The notes: generated from the letters alone by a model not told the origin. A stretch of DNA of 29,321 nucleotides from Phycisphaerales bacterium (GCA_030612785.1 JAUWNF010000001.1:1-29321), one strand, 5' to 3'. Numbered from the stretch's first letter, positions 18,448-26,783 are shown. Translations and numbers: made by a program.

Positions 18448-19026
18448 CTATCCTGGCGCGTTGTGATCGCGCTTTATGTGCGTGTCCAGCCGACGTCTCA
18501 GTGAAACAATCATGAGAAAAGACGCCGCTGAGAGAATCAGCGCCACGCCAGCCAGGGCCTCGGCGTGAGACGAGTCCTGTGGCGGGTGAACGTGCGCGGG
18601 CTCCGCTGTGGCAGGATGATCGTGCTCGTGTTCACGATCGGGCGATCCCTGCACAGTCGGTGCCGGTGACAAAGTTGTGGACAAGGCCGACGACCCGCCT
18701 GGCGGATTAAGCAGGGCCACTTCCTCCGCACTGAGTTGGCGTCGTGCCCGATGCCCGGCGATGGTGGCTTCAAGGGTATAGGCAATCTTGGCGGTCGCGG
18801 TGAATGTGTAGCTGCCGTTTTTGTCTGAAATGCCGCTAGCCACTTCGTGACCCTCCGCGTCAGTCACCACGATGGCCGCACCGACGGCGGGCTCGGTGCC
18901 GCCCCAGTAGACAGTGACCACAACGCGATCAGGCGGCTGCACCTCGCATTCCAGCGTCACGCTGTGCGCCCGCGCGATTGTGGCGCTGAACAGAATCGAC
19001 AGCACGACCGGGAGCCCGTGGTTCAT
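18448..19026 (-). CDS. CbiL/NikL-like accessory subunit: signal peptide, beta-rich periplasmic domain, His-rich linker and C-terminal TM
   Basis: MNHGLPVVLSILFSATIARA|HSV signal, AAIVVTDAEGHEVASGISDKNGSYTF, DREHEHDH, terminal TM segment. Lies between cbiM and cbiQ. The frame stays open up to an ATG at 19287. Confidence 0.75.
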   Translation of the reverse strand: MNHGLPVVLSILFSATIARAHSVTLECEVQPPDRVVVTVYWGGTEPAVGAAIVVTDAEGHEVASGISDKNGSYTFTATAKIAYTLEATIAGHRARRQLSAEEVALLNPPGGSSALSTTLSPAPTVQGSPDREHEHDHPATAEPAHVHPPQDSSHAEALAGVALILSAASFLMIVSLRRRLDTHIKRDHNAPG

Positions 19027-19100
19027 TGAACGACGGTGCGTAATCCTGCTCCACCCATCCGAACCGCGCCCGTAAGGGAGCGCCTGGGGCAGACTCCTAA

Positions 19101-19198
19101 CAGCCTGTTGATGAAGTCCACCGTGGCCCTGTGGCACCGGTTTCCAACCGGTGAAAACACGGGTTGAAAACCCGTGCCACACATTCTTCAACGGGCTG
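19101..19198. mobile_element. 98-bp MITE with 15-bp terminal inverted repeats, CTAA target duplication and an internal inverted REP pair
   Basis: CTAA(19097-19100) | CAGCCTGTTGATGAA ... TTCTTCAACGGGCTG | CTAA(19199-19202); the TIRs match 13/15. Internal GTGGCACCGGTTTCCAACCGGTG (19131-19153) and CACGGGTTGAAAACCCGTGCCAC (19158-19180). Confidence 0.8.
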
Positions 19199-19243
19199 CT
19201 AAGCGGCCGTGAGCAATCTCGCGACAACTCACCGGCCGATTCG

Positions 19244-19268
19244 CCGCGCGGGCCAAAGCCCGCGGCTC
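19244..19268 (-). repeat. REP-like family B copy
   Basis: Reverse complement GAGCCGCGGGCTTTGGCCCGCGCGG, 23/25 identical to 6832-6856. Confidence 0.85.
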
Positions 19269-19276
19269 GCGCGTCA

Positions 19277-19981
19277 TCATTGGCCATCGAAAACCTCCGG
19301 CTTCACCCTGACCAGGAAACCCACGGCGGCCGCGGTAATCAAACCCTCGATGACCGCCAGCGGCACATGGGCCAACAGAAACCACCCGATCGCCTTGAAA
19401 AAGACGTCATCCGCCGTCAGGCCCGCCGCGAGGAAGATAAGTAGCGACAAGATCATGGCACCAAAGCCGGCAACGAATCCCACCAACGCCGGGCGCCCTA
19501 TTCCTTTCGCACAAAGGGGTGGGGGATGGAGGATTGGAGATCGGCCTTCAACGGGTGATCGCCCCTCCTTCTTCGTGTCAGGAGCAGAGCGCCGGCGACC
19601 GCCGTAGCTTCCCACTCCCCACTTGCGGACGCACCACCCCGCCAGAAGGGCCGGCAGCCCGATCATCACCGCGTTCACGCCGATCGTGGTCACCCCGCCG
19701 TGCCCGAACAGAAGGGCCTGCATGATGATCCCGACGACAATGGGCACCATCGCCCCGGGCCCCACCACCGCGCCGACCAAGCCATGCAGTAGTGGATGCA
19801 CGCTGGTCACACCGAGTTTCAGATGGATCAGGGAGACCGCGAAAAACGCGCTGGTCATAAGGGCTAGACGAGGCACGTCGCGGTCGCCCACGCGCCGCAG
19901 GCTGACCACTGTAGCTACACCGCCGATGACGTACCCCCCGGCACAAACCGAAACCGGCAAGAGTCCGTCGGAAATATGCAT
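19277..19981 (-). CDS. cbiM: ECF Ni/Co substrate-binding S component (CbiM/NikM)
   Basis: Diagnostic N-terminus MHISDG, then SAFFAVSLIH, SVHPLL, QALLFGHGGVTTIGVN, AHVPLAVIEGLIT. Confidence 0.93.
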   Translation of the reverse strand: MHISDGLLPVSVCAGGYVIGGVATVVSLRRVGDRDVPRLALMTSAFFAVSLIHLKLGVTSVHPLLHGLVGAVVGPGAMVPIVVGIIMQALLFGHGGVTTIGVNAVMIGLPALLAGWCVRKWGVGSYGGRRRSAPDTKKEGRSPVEGRSPILHPPPLCAKGIGRPALVGFVAGFGAMILSLLIFLAAGLTADDVFFKAIGWFLLAHVPLAVIEGLITAAAVGFLVRVKPEVFDGQ

Positions 19982-20072
19982 CGCCCATTGGCTCCTTTGG
20001 GGGCACTGCGGCGAGTCCCTCGCAAGGCGGTCTCACCTCGATCACACCAGCTCGGTCCGGTTGCAAAAGGCC

Positions 20073-20154
20073 GTAGGGTGCGTCCCAGACGCACCATCCA
20101 CCTCTTGCTCGACGGCACGACTACCACAGAAGGTGCCTCAGGAACGCACCCTAC
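20073..20154. repeat. Inverted GTAG-REP doublet (REPIN-like)
   Basis: GTAGGGTGCGTCCCAGACGCACC (20073-20095) and GGTGCCTCAGGAACGCACCCTAC (20132-20154). Confidence 0.8.
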
Positions 20155-20450
20155 CGTGTCTCCGCAGTCGCCGCCTTGGGATGCGGATCACTCTTCACGC
20201 CAGACCACACCGTAGTCGACGGCCAGGGTCAGCTCGCCCTCATTGTCTTTGTAGGTCACGGTTCCGCCAGTACAACGAACGAAACCCTGGAATTGCTGGC
20301 CGCTCCAAAGGGCCGCCGCTCGGTGATGGTGTAGTAGCCTGACGGTACGCGAAAGGTGGACTCCTTCCCAGCCGGACGCAACGGTGTGGGCGGCGTCCAA
20401 CAACGCGATTGTGACGCGATGACTAGAACTCGGGCTGATCGGCACATGGC

Positions 20451-20483
20451 GGAACCCCGTTCCCGGCTAGGAAACGGGGTTTC
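20451..20483 (-). terminator. Stem-loop just 3' of the tRNA, possible terminator or processing signal
   Basis: GAAACCCCGTTTCC-TAGCCG-GGAACGGGGTTCC on the minus strand, with no clear U-tract. Confidence 0.35.
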
Positions 20484-20488
20484 TCGAC

Positions 20489-20563
20489 TAGCGGCGCCCG
20501 GACTCGAACCGGGGACCTTGGGATTATGAAGCCCACGCTCTAAACCAACTGAGCTACGCCGCC
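20489..20563 (-). tRNA. tRNA-Met (anticodon CAT), probably elongator; CCA not encoded
   Basis: GGCGGCG acceptor stem, D-arm AGCTCAGTTGGTTTAGAGC, anticodon loop TTCATAA, T-arm GGTTCGAGTCC, discriminator A. Lacks the initiator C1:A72 mismatch. Confidence 0.93.
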
Positions 20564-20682
20564 AAACGTCTCGGGCCAGCGCACAACGCCACCCCACAAT
20601 ACTCATACCCGCCCTTGGCGTTTTGTTCAAGATGTCAAAGGCGCTGGGGGCGGGTGTGGCCAGAGATTGTGGCATCGCGACT

Positions 20683-20739
20683 GTAGGGCGGGTTCTACCC
20701 GCCTTCCCCGGCCCCGGCGGCGGGTGGAACCCGCCCTAC
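20683..20739. repeat. Inverted GTAG-REP doublet (REPIN-like)
   Basis: GTAGGGCGGGTTCTACCCGCC (20683-20703) and GGCGGGTGGAACCCGCCCTAC (20719-20739). Confidence 0.85.
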
Positions 20740-20758
20740 GCAATGACCGCGAGCGAAG

Positions 20759-20850
20759 CCGCTGGTGCGAGAATCCCTTCTCGCACCTATATCCTGCAGG
20801 AATCCCTTCCTGTGGAGCCAAGGACCGAGAAAGGACTCTCGGTCCAGCGA
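20759..20850 (+). repeat. 92-bp three-hairpin element (family A), copy 3
   Basis: Aligns without gaps to copy 2. Confidence 0.95.
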
Positions 20851-21179
20851 TCCGAGCCCCGAGCGCCAGCGAGCGGGACCCTACGCAAACAGGCTGCCCA
20901 CGAAGACCCCGCGTGGGCGCTTGGGGCTCTGATCAGCCCTGCCGAAATCGTCACGCACCCGACCGACGTTTTCCGCCTGGAATGCCCACTTCAGAGCCCT
21001 CGCGGAGGTACCGATAACACTACCACAAGGTGCATCCACGTAGTGTCCCGTCTCGGTGGATAGGCGCCACGAGCGGCTTGTCCGCCGTGTTGCGCGCTCG
21101 TCGCCCAGAGGAAGGCACTGAAAGGTGGCGTCAGGCATCCGATCGGCCCTGGCCGGACGATTGCTCGGAGTGTAACGCT

Positions 21180-22148
21180 ATGGCAGTAAAGAGGTTACTC
21201 GTTACCGGCGGCACCGGCTTTGTCGGGCGGAAGGTGGTCAAGGCCTGCCGGGACGGTGGCTTCGAGGTCCGCTCTTGCAGCCGATCCGAAGGGGTCGACC
21301 TCCGCGAAGGCGACGCCTTCGGGCAGTTCCTGGCCAACGTGAAACCGGACTCGGTAATCCACTGTGCGGCCCACGTGGGCGGCATCGGCTATGTCGGCGA
21401 GCACGCCATCGAGGTGTTCGACGACAACCTGCGGATCGCCACCGGTCTCATGCGCGGGATGAGGATCGCCGGCGTCAACACGCTGCTAACGGTGATGCCC
21501 AACTGCACCTATCCGGGTGAGAAAACCATCTACCGCGAGGATGAGTGGTGGGACGGCCCGATCCACGAGAGCGTGCTGATGTACGGCCTGCCGCGTAAGA
21601 CGCTGTGGGGCTTGTGTAAGACCTACGGCGCGGTGACCGGGCTGCGGTCGGCGCATCTGATCTTTCCGAACATGTACGGCCCCGGCGATCACTTCGACCC
21701 GGTGCGTAGCCATGCTTTGGGGGCGCTGATTGCCAAGATCGTCTCGGCCAAAAGCGCGGGCGAAGAGCACGTTGAGTTGTGGGGCAGCGGACAACCGGTG
21801 CGCGAATGGATGTACGTAGAAGATGCGGCCGACGCGATCGTGCGTTTCGTGCGGCACGCCCAGGACGACGAGTCGGTCTTTGAAGATCATCCGATCTTCA
21901 ACGTCGGCATCGCCGAGGGCATCTCCATCGCTGACCTGGCGGAGCTTATCCGTGAGGCCGCGGGCTGGAACGGCTCTTTCGTATTCGACCGCAATCGGCC
22001 CGACGGAGCCTCGCGGAAGCTCCTCGATGGAACACGGTTCAACAAACGGACGGGGTGGACACCGGCGACTTCCCTGCGCGAGGGCGTCAAGAAGACGGTG
22101 CAATGGTATCAGACAACCCAACAGCGGGAGCTAAGCCATGCCCATTAA
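21180..22148 (+). CDS. GDP-L-fucose synthase-like NAD(P)-dependent epimerase/reductase (Fcl/WcaG family)
   Basis: GGTGFVG, HCAAHVGGI, NCTYP, NMYGPGDHF...SHA, WGSGQPVREWMYVEDAA, PDGASRKLLD. ATG at 21180 follows GGAG. Confidence 0.88.
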   Translation: MAVKRLLVTGGTGFVGRKVVKACRDGGFEVRSCSRSEGVDLREGDAFGQFLANVKPDSVIHCAAHVGGIGYVGEHAIEVFDDNLRIATGLMRGMRIAGVNTLLTVMPNCTYPGEKTIYREDEWWDGPIHESVLMYGLPRKTLWGLCKTYGAVTGLRSAHLIFPNMYGPGDHFDPVRSHALGALIAKIVSAKSAGEEHVELWGSGQPVREWMYVEDAADAIVRFVRHAQDDESVFEDHPIFNVGIAEGISIADLAELIREAAGWNGSFVFDRNRPDGASRKLLDGTRFNKRTGWTPATSLREGVKKTVQWYQTTQQRELSHAH

Positions 22149-23304
22149 CGAATTCAGCCCCCAGATCGGCAAGAGCGAGATCGTTAAGATCCTGCAGACC
22201 CTCCAGGACAACTGGATAACCGAGGGCAAAAAGACGCAGCAGCTAGAGGCCATGCTTGCCGAGTACTTCGGCTGTCGGCGCGTCGTGATGGTGCCCAACG
22301 GAACGCTTGCTCTGTTTGCGGCGCTGAAGGTCCTGGGGATCGGCCCGGGCGACGAAGTCATCGTACCGGATTTCACCTTCTTCGGCAGCGTGTCCGCTGT
22401 GGTGCTGACCGGGGCCACTCCCGTGCTGGTCGACGTTGATGAACTCGACGGCAACGTCTCCGTCGACGCCGCTAAGGCGAGCCTGTCCGAGCGGACCAGG
22501 GCAATCATGCCCGTACACATCTACGGGCAAAGTTGCGACATGCGGGCGGTGATGGAGTTGGCCCGGGAACACGACCTGTATGTCGTCGAGGATGCCGCCC
22601 AAGGCATGGGCGTGACCTTCGGCGATAAGCACGTCGGCACGTTCGGCGACATCGGGTGCATGTCCTTCTTCGCCGACAAGACCATGACCACCGGCGAGGG
22701 CGGCGCGCTGCTGCTCAACGATGAACAACTGGCGCAGAAGTGTGTGTATTTCAAGAATCAGGGCCGGCTGCGCCGCGGCTCTTTCGTGCACACGCACATG
22801 GGATACAACTTCCGGATCACCGATCTACAGGCGGCCATCGGCGTCGCCCAGTTCGAGCGGGTCGAGAGAACCATCCAACGCAAACGCGTGTTGCGCGACG
22901 CGTACTATCGCCGACTCGACGGCTGTCCGCGCGTTCGTTTGCCCGCGGACAACGGGTTCGGCGAGGTTGTGCCCTTCCGGGTCAACATCCTGGTGGACGA
23001 TCCCGAGGGGTTGGCGGAGTTCCTAGCCAAGCGCGAGATCGCCGTCCGCCGTTACTTCTACCCACTGCATCGTCAGCCGAGCCTAACCGCGGAGAACTCG
23101 ATCGTACGCCAGACCCCAGTCAACTCCGTCCGGCTCTTTGACACGGGCTTGATGTTGCCCAGCGGACTGGATTTGACAGAGTCGCAGGTGAATCACGTCT
23201 GCGCGTGCGTCGAAGAGTATCAGTACATGCACCACACCGAGAGGACCTCCGGTGCCAATGGTGGCTCGCCCACCAATGCTTCTCCCTCGACGTTGCGTGC
23301 GTAA
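22138..23304 (+). CDS. DegT/DnrJ/EryC1/StrS PLP-dependent sugar aminotransferase (perosamine synthase-like)
   Basis: NGTLAL, GPGDEVIVPDFTF, PVHIYG, VEDAAQ, SFFADKTMTTGEGG (PLP Lys), GYNFRITDLQAAIG. Confidence 0.93.
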   Translation: MPINEFSPQIGKSEIVKILQTLQDNWITEGKKTQQLEAMLAEYFGCRRVVMVPNGTLALFAALKVLGIGPGDEVIVPDFTFFGSVSAVVLTGATPVLVDVDELDGNVSVDAAKASLSERTRAIMPVHIYGQSCDMRAVMELAREHDLYVVEDAAQGMGVTFGDKHVGTFGDIGCMSFFADKTMTTGEGGALLLNDEQLAQKCVYFKNQGRLRRGSFVHTHMGYNFRITDLQAAIGVAQFERVERTIQRKRVLRDAYYRRLDGCPRVRLPADNGFGEVVPFRVNILVDDPEGLAEFLAKREIAVRRYFYPLHRQPSLTAENSIVRQTPVNSVRLFDTGLMLPSGLDLTESQVNHVCACVEEYQYMHHTERTSGANGGSPTNASPSTLRA

Positions 23305-23355
23305 CACTGGCGGACAAGCCGCCAGTAGTACCAAACACGAATGGTGACGACGATC

Positions 23356-23541
23356 ATGAAGTGGATAATCCTGATTATTCTGACGATCATCCTTCTGTTC
23401 ATAGACTTGTCGGACTTGCGAGAAGCCAAATCCGCGCGGGCCGGCGACGACGGGCAGCCGGCGGACAATCCGGTTAAGATTTTTGGCCGGGGTGCCGTTC
23501 ACCTGGGGCTTCTGACCTACTTCCTCTTCTCGTTGGCTTGA
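23356..23541 (+). CDS. Possible small membrane protein with two hydrophobic segments
   Basis: MKWIILIILTIILLFID...VHLGLLTYFLFSLA. It sits in the operon gap on the same strand; no homology recognised. Confidence 0.4.
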   Translation: MKWIILIILTIILLFIDLSDLREAKSARAGDDGQPADNPVKIFGRGAVHLGLLTYFLFSLA

Positions 23542-23579
23542 GACAGGCAACCGCAAATACCGGCGGCGGCCACCGATAT

Positions 23580-23638
23580 GTACCGCCGGCATCTTGCCGG
23601 CCTCGGGTGCCCAAATGCCGGCTGGAAGCCGGCGATAC
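23580..23638. repeat. Degenerate inverted REP doublet
   Basis: GTACCGCCGGCATCTTGCCGGC and GCCGGCTGGAAGCCGGCGATAC. Confidence 0.7.
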
Positions 23639-23682
23639 GGGCTTTTCAAACACGCTCTAACGTCATTGGAGCTCTACAGAGT

Positions 23683-25209
23683 ATGTACACCGCGACCACA
23701 CTGAAAGATCCGCCCCGGCGGAAAACCCGCGCGGCTACGAGCGGTTTCGGGAGTGATGGGCTCCATGCGCCACACCTGTCCGGCGAAACACCGCCGCCGT
23801 CACAGTTGGAGATAGGAAGTGGCGTTCGGCGGGAGATCGCCCAAAACCTCGGACGCTGGCGGGCGCGCAATCGGTTCTATCATCAGCGAATGGCTGAGTA
23901 TCTCCGTTTCGTAGTTCCGATAGGGCAATCCGTTCTGTTGTTGGGATGCGAAGACGGCGCCCTGCTCTCGAAGCTAAGGCCCTCATGGGGTGTCGGAGTG
24001 GACAGTTGCCCGGAGATGATCGCCCTGGCACGCCAGAGACACCCGCAGCATGAGTATCTCCTCGCCCAAGACTACGCGGCCCGCGTCGACCGCAAGTTCG
24101 ACTATGTCGTGCTCAACGACATCACCGGCGAAGTCCACGACCTGTTCACGCTGCTACAAAGCATCGCCGAGCAGTGCAAGCCTGACGCGCGCGTGGTGAT
24201 CGTGCAGCACAATTACCTGTGGAGGCCTCTGCTCCGGCTGGCCGCGCGGCTCAAGGCCAAACGACCGGACGCCACGCGGAACTGGCTCAGCGTCGGCGAT
24301 CTCCGCGTCTTCCTCGAAGGCGTGGGCTTTGAGACCATCGACGTGCGACCCAAGCTCTTTAGCCCGGTCAAGCTCTTCGGGCTCGGCCCGCTGATCAACT
24401 GGATCGCGGGGCTTATTCCCCTGGTGAACCGATTGGCCTGTATGGAGATCATCGTCGCCCGGTCAGCACCGGGCACAGTCGATCCGGCCTCCAAGACGGC
24501 AACCATAGTGCTCACCGTGCGCGACGAGCGGGACAACATCGAACCGATGGTCCGGGCGATCCCCAAAGTCGGAGCAGCCACCGAGATTCTCTTTGTTGAG
24601 GGACATTCCACCGACGGCACGCGCGAGGAGATAAGTCGCGTCATCGAAGCCTATCCGGAAAAGAACATCAGGCTTTTGACGCAAGACGGCGTGGGCCAGG
24701 GCGACGCCATCCGCAAAGGCTTTGGCCACGCGGACGGCGACGTGGTTATCCTGCTGGAAGCGGATCAAACCTCTCCGGCCGAGGACGTGCTCAAGGCGTT
24801 CGAGGTCATTGCGACCGGGCGCGCGGACTACGTCAACGGCAGCCGTTTCATCTATCCGCGGGCCAAGGGCTCCATGCCCTGGCGCAACGCGCTGGGCAAC
24901 TGGTTCTTCGCCGTGTGGTTCACGTGGTTTCTGAAACAGCGGACCTCGGATGTGCTGTGTGGCCTCAAGGCGATCGCCCGCCCGCAGTTTCTGCGGCTTA
25001 ACCGCAATTGGGGATTCTTGGGGCTCTTCGATCCGTTCGGTGATTTCGAGCTGATCTTCGGGGCCTCGCGTCTGGGGCTGAAGATCTGCGAGGTGCCCAC
25101 GCGCTATCGCCCACGAACGTATGGCGTGCCGAAATCGAAGATCGTCAGCCACGGTTTTATGTTGTTACGGATGGCCGCACGAGCGACCAGGGTGTTCAAA
25201 TGCCGCTAA
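23683..25209 (+). CDS. Bifunctional class I SAM-methyltransferase-like / family 2 glycosyltransferase
   Basis: N-domain RNRFYH...VLLLGCEDG...GVGVD..PEMI. GT2 domain IVLTVRDERDNI, FVEGHSTDGT, GQGDA, LEADQT, DVLCGLK, DPFGDFELIFGA. Start uncertain. Confidence 0.88.
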   Translation: MYTATTLKDPPRRKTRAATSGFGSDGLHAPHLSGETPPPSQLEIGSGVRREIAQNLGRWRARNRFYHQRMAEYLRFVVPIGQSVLLLGCEDGALLSKLRPSWGVGVDSCPEMIALARQRHPQHEYLLAQDYAARVDRKFDYVVLNDITGEVHDLFTLLQSIAEQCKPDARVVIVQHNYLWRPLLRLAARLKAKRPDATRNWLSVGDLRVFLEGVGFETIDVRPKLFSPVKLFGLGPLINWIAGLIPLVNRLACMEIIVARSAPGTVDPASKTATIVLTVRDERDNIEPMVRAIPKVGAATEILFVEGHSTDGTREEISRVIEAYPEKNIRLLTQDGVGQGDAIRKGFGHADGDVVILLEADQTSPAEDVLKAFEVIATGRADYVNGSRFIYPRAKGSMPWRNALGNWFFAVWFTWFLKQRTSDVLCGLKAIARPQFLRLNRNWGFLGLFDPFGDFELIFGASRLGLKICEVPTRYRPRTYGVPKSKIVSHGFMLLRMAARATRVFKCR

Positions 25210-25988
25210 GCGATTATCACGAGCGGTTCGCCGCGGTCTATGACCTGTTCTATGCGCGGCGCGATGTGGCAACCGAAGCCAGGTTCGCGGCGGATTTGCT
25301 GGGACTGCGCGGTGGCCGGCACGTTTTGGACTTCGGTTGCGGTACCGGCGCGCACGTGTTGGCCTTCGGCGCGCTCGGCATCAAGGCGACCGGATTCGAC
25401 CGCTCGGAGGCGATGATCGCCCAGGCCCGTGCCAAGGTGGCCCTGCCGGATTCCGCCGCCGTCACCTTCGCCGACGGCACGTTGGCCTCCTTCTGCCACG
25501 GGCTAAACGGTGTGTGCTTCGACGGCGTGGTCAGCTTCTTCAACGTGCTTAATTGTATCGAGACCCCCCGCGAGATGGTCGAGGATCTAACATTGCTTAG
25601 AAGCCGACTCGCGCCGGGCGCCAAGATGTTGATCGACGTTTGGAACGGGGCGGCGGTCTTTGTGAACGAACCCAGGCCCGACGTCAAACACTACCGCAAC
25701 CCCGACGACCCGCAGCGCGAGACCGTCCGGATCACCGTGCCGGATCTTGACCGCGTCAATCAGTGCTGCGCGCTGCGCTATCGCGTTTTGGACCTCGACC
25801 GCCGAACGGGCAGCTTCACCGAGTTTGAATCGGTGCACCGGCTCCGCTTTCTCACACCCGTGCAGTATCGCCACCTGTTTGAGCTGGCGGAGCTGGCCAT
25901 CGTCGACGAGTTTCCCAAAGGCCGACCTCAAACCCCGGTTACGGAAGATGAGTGGTACATCAGCTACCTTGTGCGTCGAGACGCCTGA
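25200..25988 (+). CDS. Class I SAM-dependent methyltransferase
   Basis: AVYDLFY...VLDFGCGTGAH, TGFDRSEAMI, FDGVVSFFNVLN. Overlaps the upstream stop. Confidence 0.9.
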   Translation: MPLSDYHERFAAVYDLFYARRDVATEARFAADLLGLRGGRHVLDFGCGTGAHVLAFGALGIKATGFDRSEAMIAQARAKVALPDSAAVTFADGTLASFCHGLNGVCFDGVVSFFNVLNCIETPREMVEDLTLLRSRLAPGAKMLIDVWNGAAVFVNEPRPDVKHYRNPDDPQRETVRITVPDLDRVNQCCALRYRVLDLDRRTGSFTEFESVHRLRFLTPVQYRHLFELAELAIVDEFPKGRPQTPVTEDEWYISYLVRRDA

Positions 25989-26016
25989 AGCACGCCGCAC
26001 GGATGATGCCGCGCGC

Positions 26017-26775
26017 GTGGCACAGGATCGCGCCCGAGCGCGCCTCGAACGGCACGCCGCTATTTGGCGCATGCGACCGCTGACCCGCGACATCTACCGG
26101 CGGTATCACCAAACCATCGACGCGGCCCGCAGCACTGTGCCGGGCGCGGATGTGGAGGTCGGCGCGGGACACGGAAGCTTCGCCGAGTTCCGTCCCGGCA
26201 CCGTCTCCTGCGACATAGTTCCCTGCCCCTGGCTAAGCTGTTCGGCCGACGCGACGCGCCTGCCCTTTGCCGACGAATCGCTGGCTAACATCATCATGAT
26301 CGACGTGCTGCACCACGTGGCGCGCCCGATCGCATTCTTGAAACAGACGGCGCGTGTGCTGGCGCCGGGAGGGCGCCTCATCCTGCTCGAACCCTATGTC
26401 TCGCCGGTAAGTTCGATCGCCTGGCGGTATTTCCACGACGAACATATCGATACGCACATCGATCCTCTGAAAGAAAGAGCAACCGCGGCAGACGCGCCGG
26501 AGGAAGATCCCTGGGAGGCCAACATTGCTATTCCAACCTTGGTTTTCTGGCGTCACCTCAGCACCTTCCGGAAACGGTTCCCCGAGCTGCGCGTAATCCG
26601 CCGGCAACGCCTTGATATGATCGTGATGCCGCTCAGCGGCGGGTTCGAGAGACGCCGTCTGATCCCCCTGTTCCTGATACCGGTGGCGCGTGCGCTGGAA
26701 CGCGTTCTCGCCCCGCTGGCCCCGTGGTTGGCGTTTCGGTGTTTCCTTCTGATCGAGAAGACATCGAAACATTGA
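26017..26775 (+). CDS. Class I SAM-dependent methyltransferase (type 11-like)
   Basis: VEVGAGHG, ADATRLPFADESLANIIMIDVLHH, LAPGGRLILLEP. GTG start chosen by position and uncertain. Confidence 0.85.
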   Translation: MAQDRARARLERHAAIWRMRPLTRDIYRRYHQTIDAARSTVPGADVEVGAGHGSFAEFRPGTVSCDIVPCPWLSCSADATRLPFADESLANIIMIDVLHHVARPIAFLKQTARVLAPGGRLILLEPYVSPVSSIAWRYFHDEHIDTHIDPLKERATAADAPEEDPWEANIAIPTLVFWRHLSTFRKRFPELRVIRRQRLDMIVMPLSGGFERRRLIPLFLIPVARALERVLAPLAPWLAFRCFLLIEKTSKH

Positions 26776-26783
26776 GAAGAACG

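Noticed and set aside
19982-20450. Cobalamin or NiCo riboswitch upstream of cbiM
   Set aside because: No B12-box or conserved core was recognised; the hairpins there are REP doublets. An Rfam scan would settle it.
20489-20530. tRNA as attachment site of the 9.7-15.4 kb zone
   Set aside because: No duplicate of the tRNA 3' end was seen in the window, and no integrase.
20880-21180. ops/JUMPstart element before the glycan operon
   Set aside because: No GGCGGTAG motif was found.
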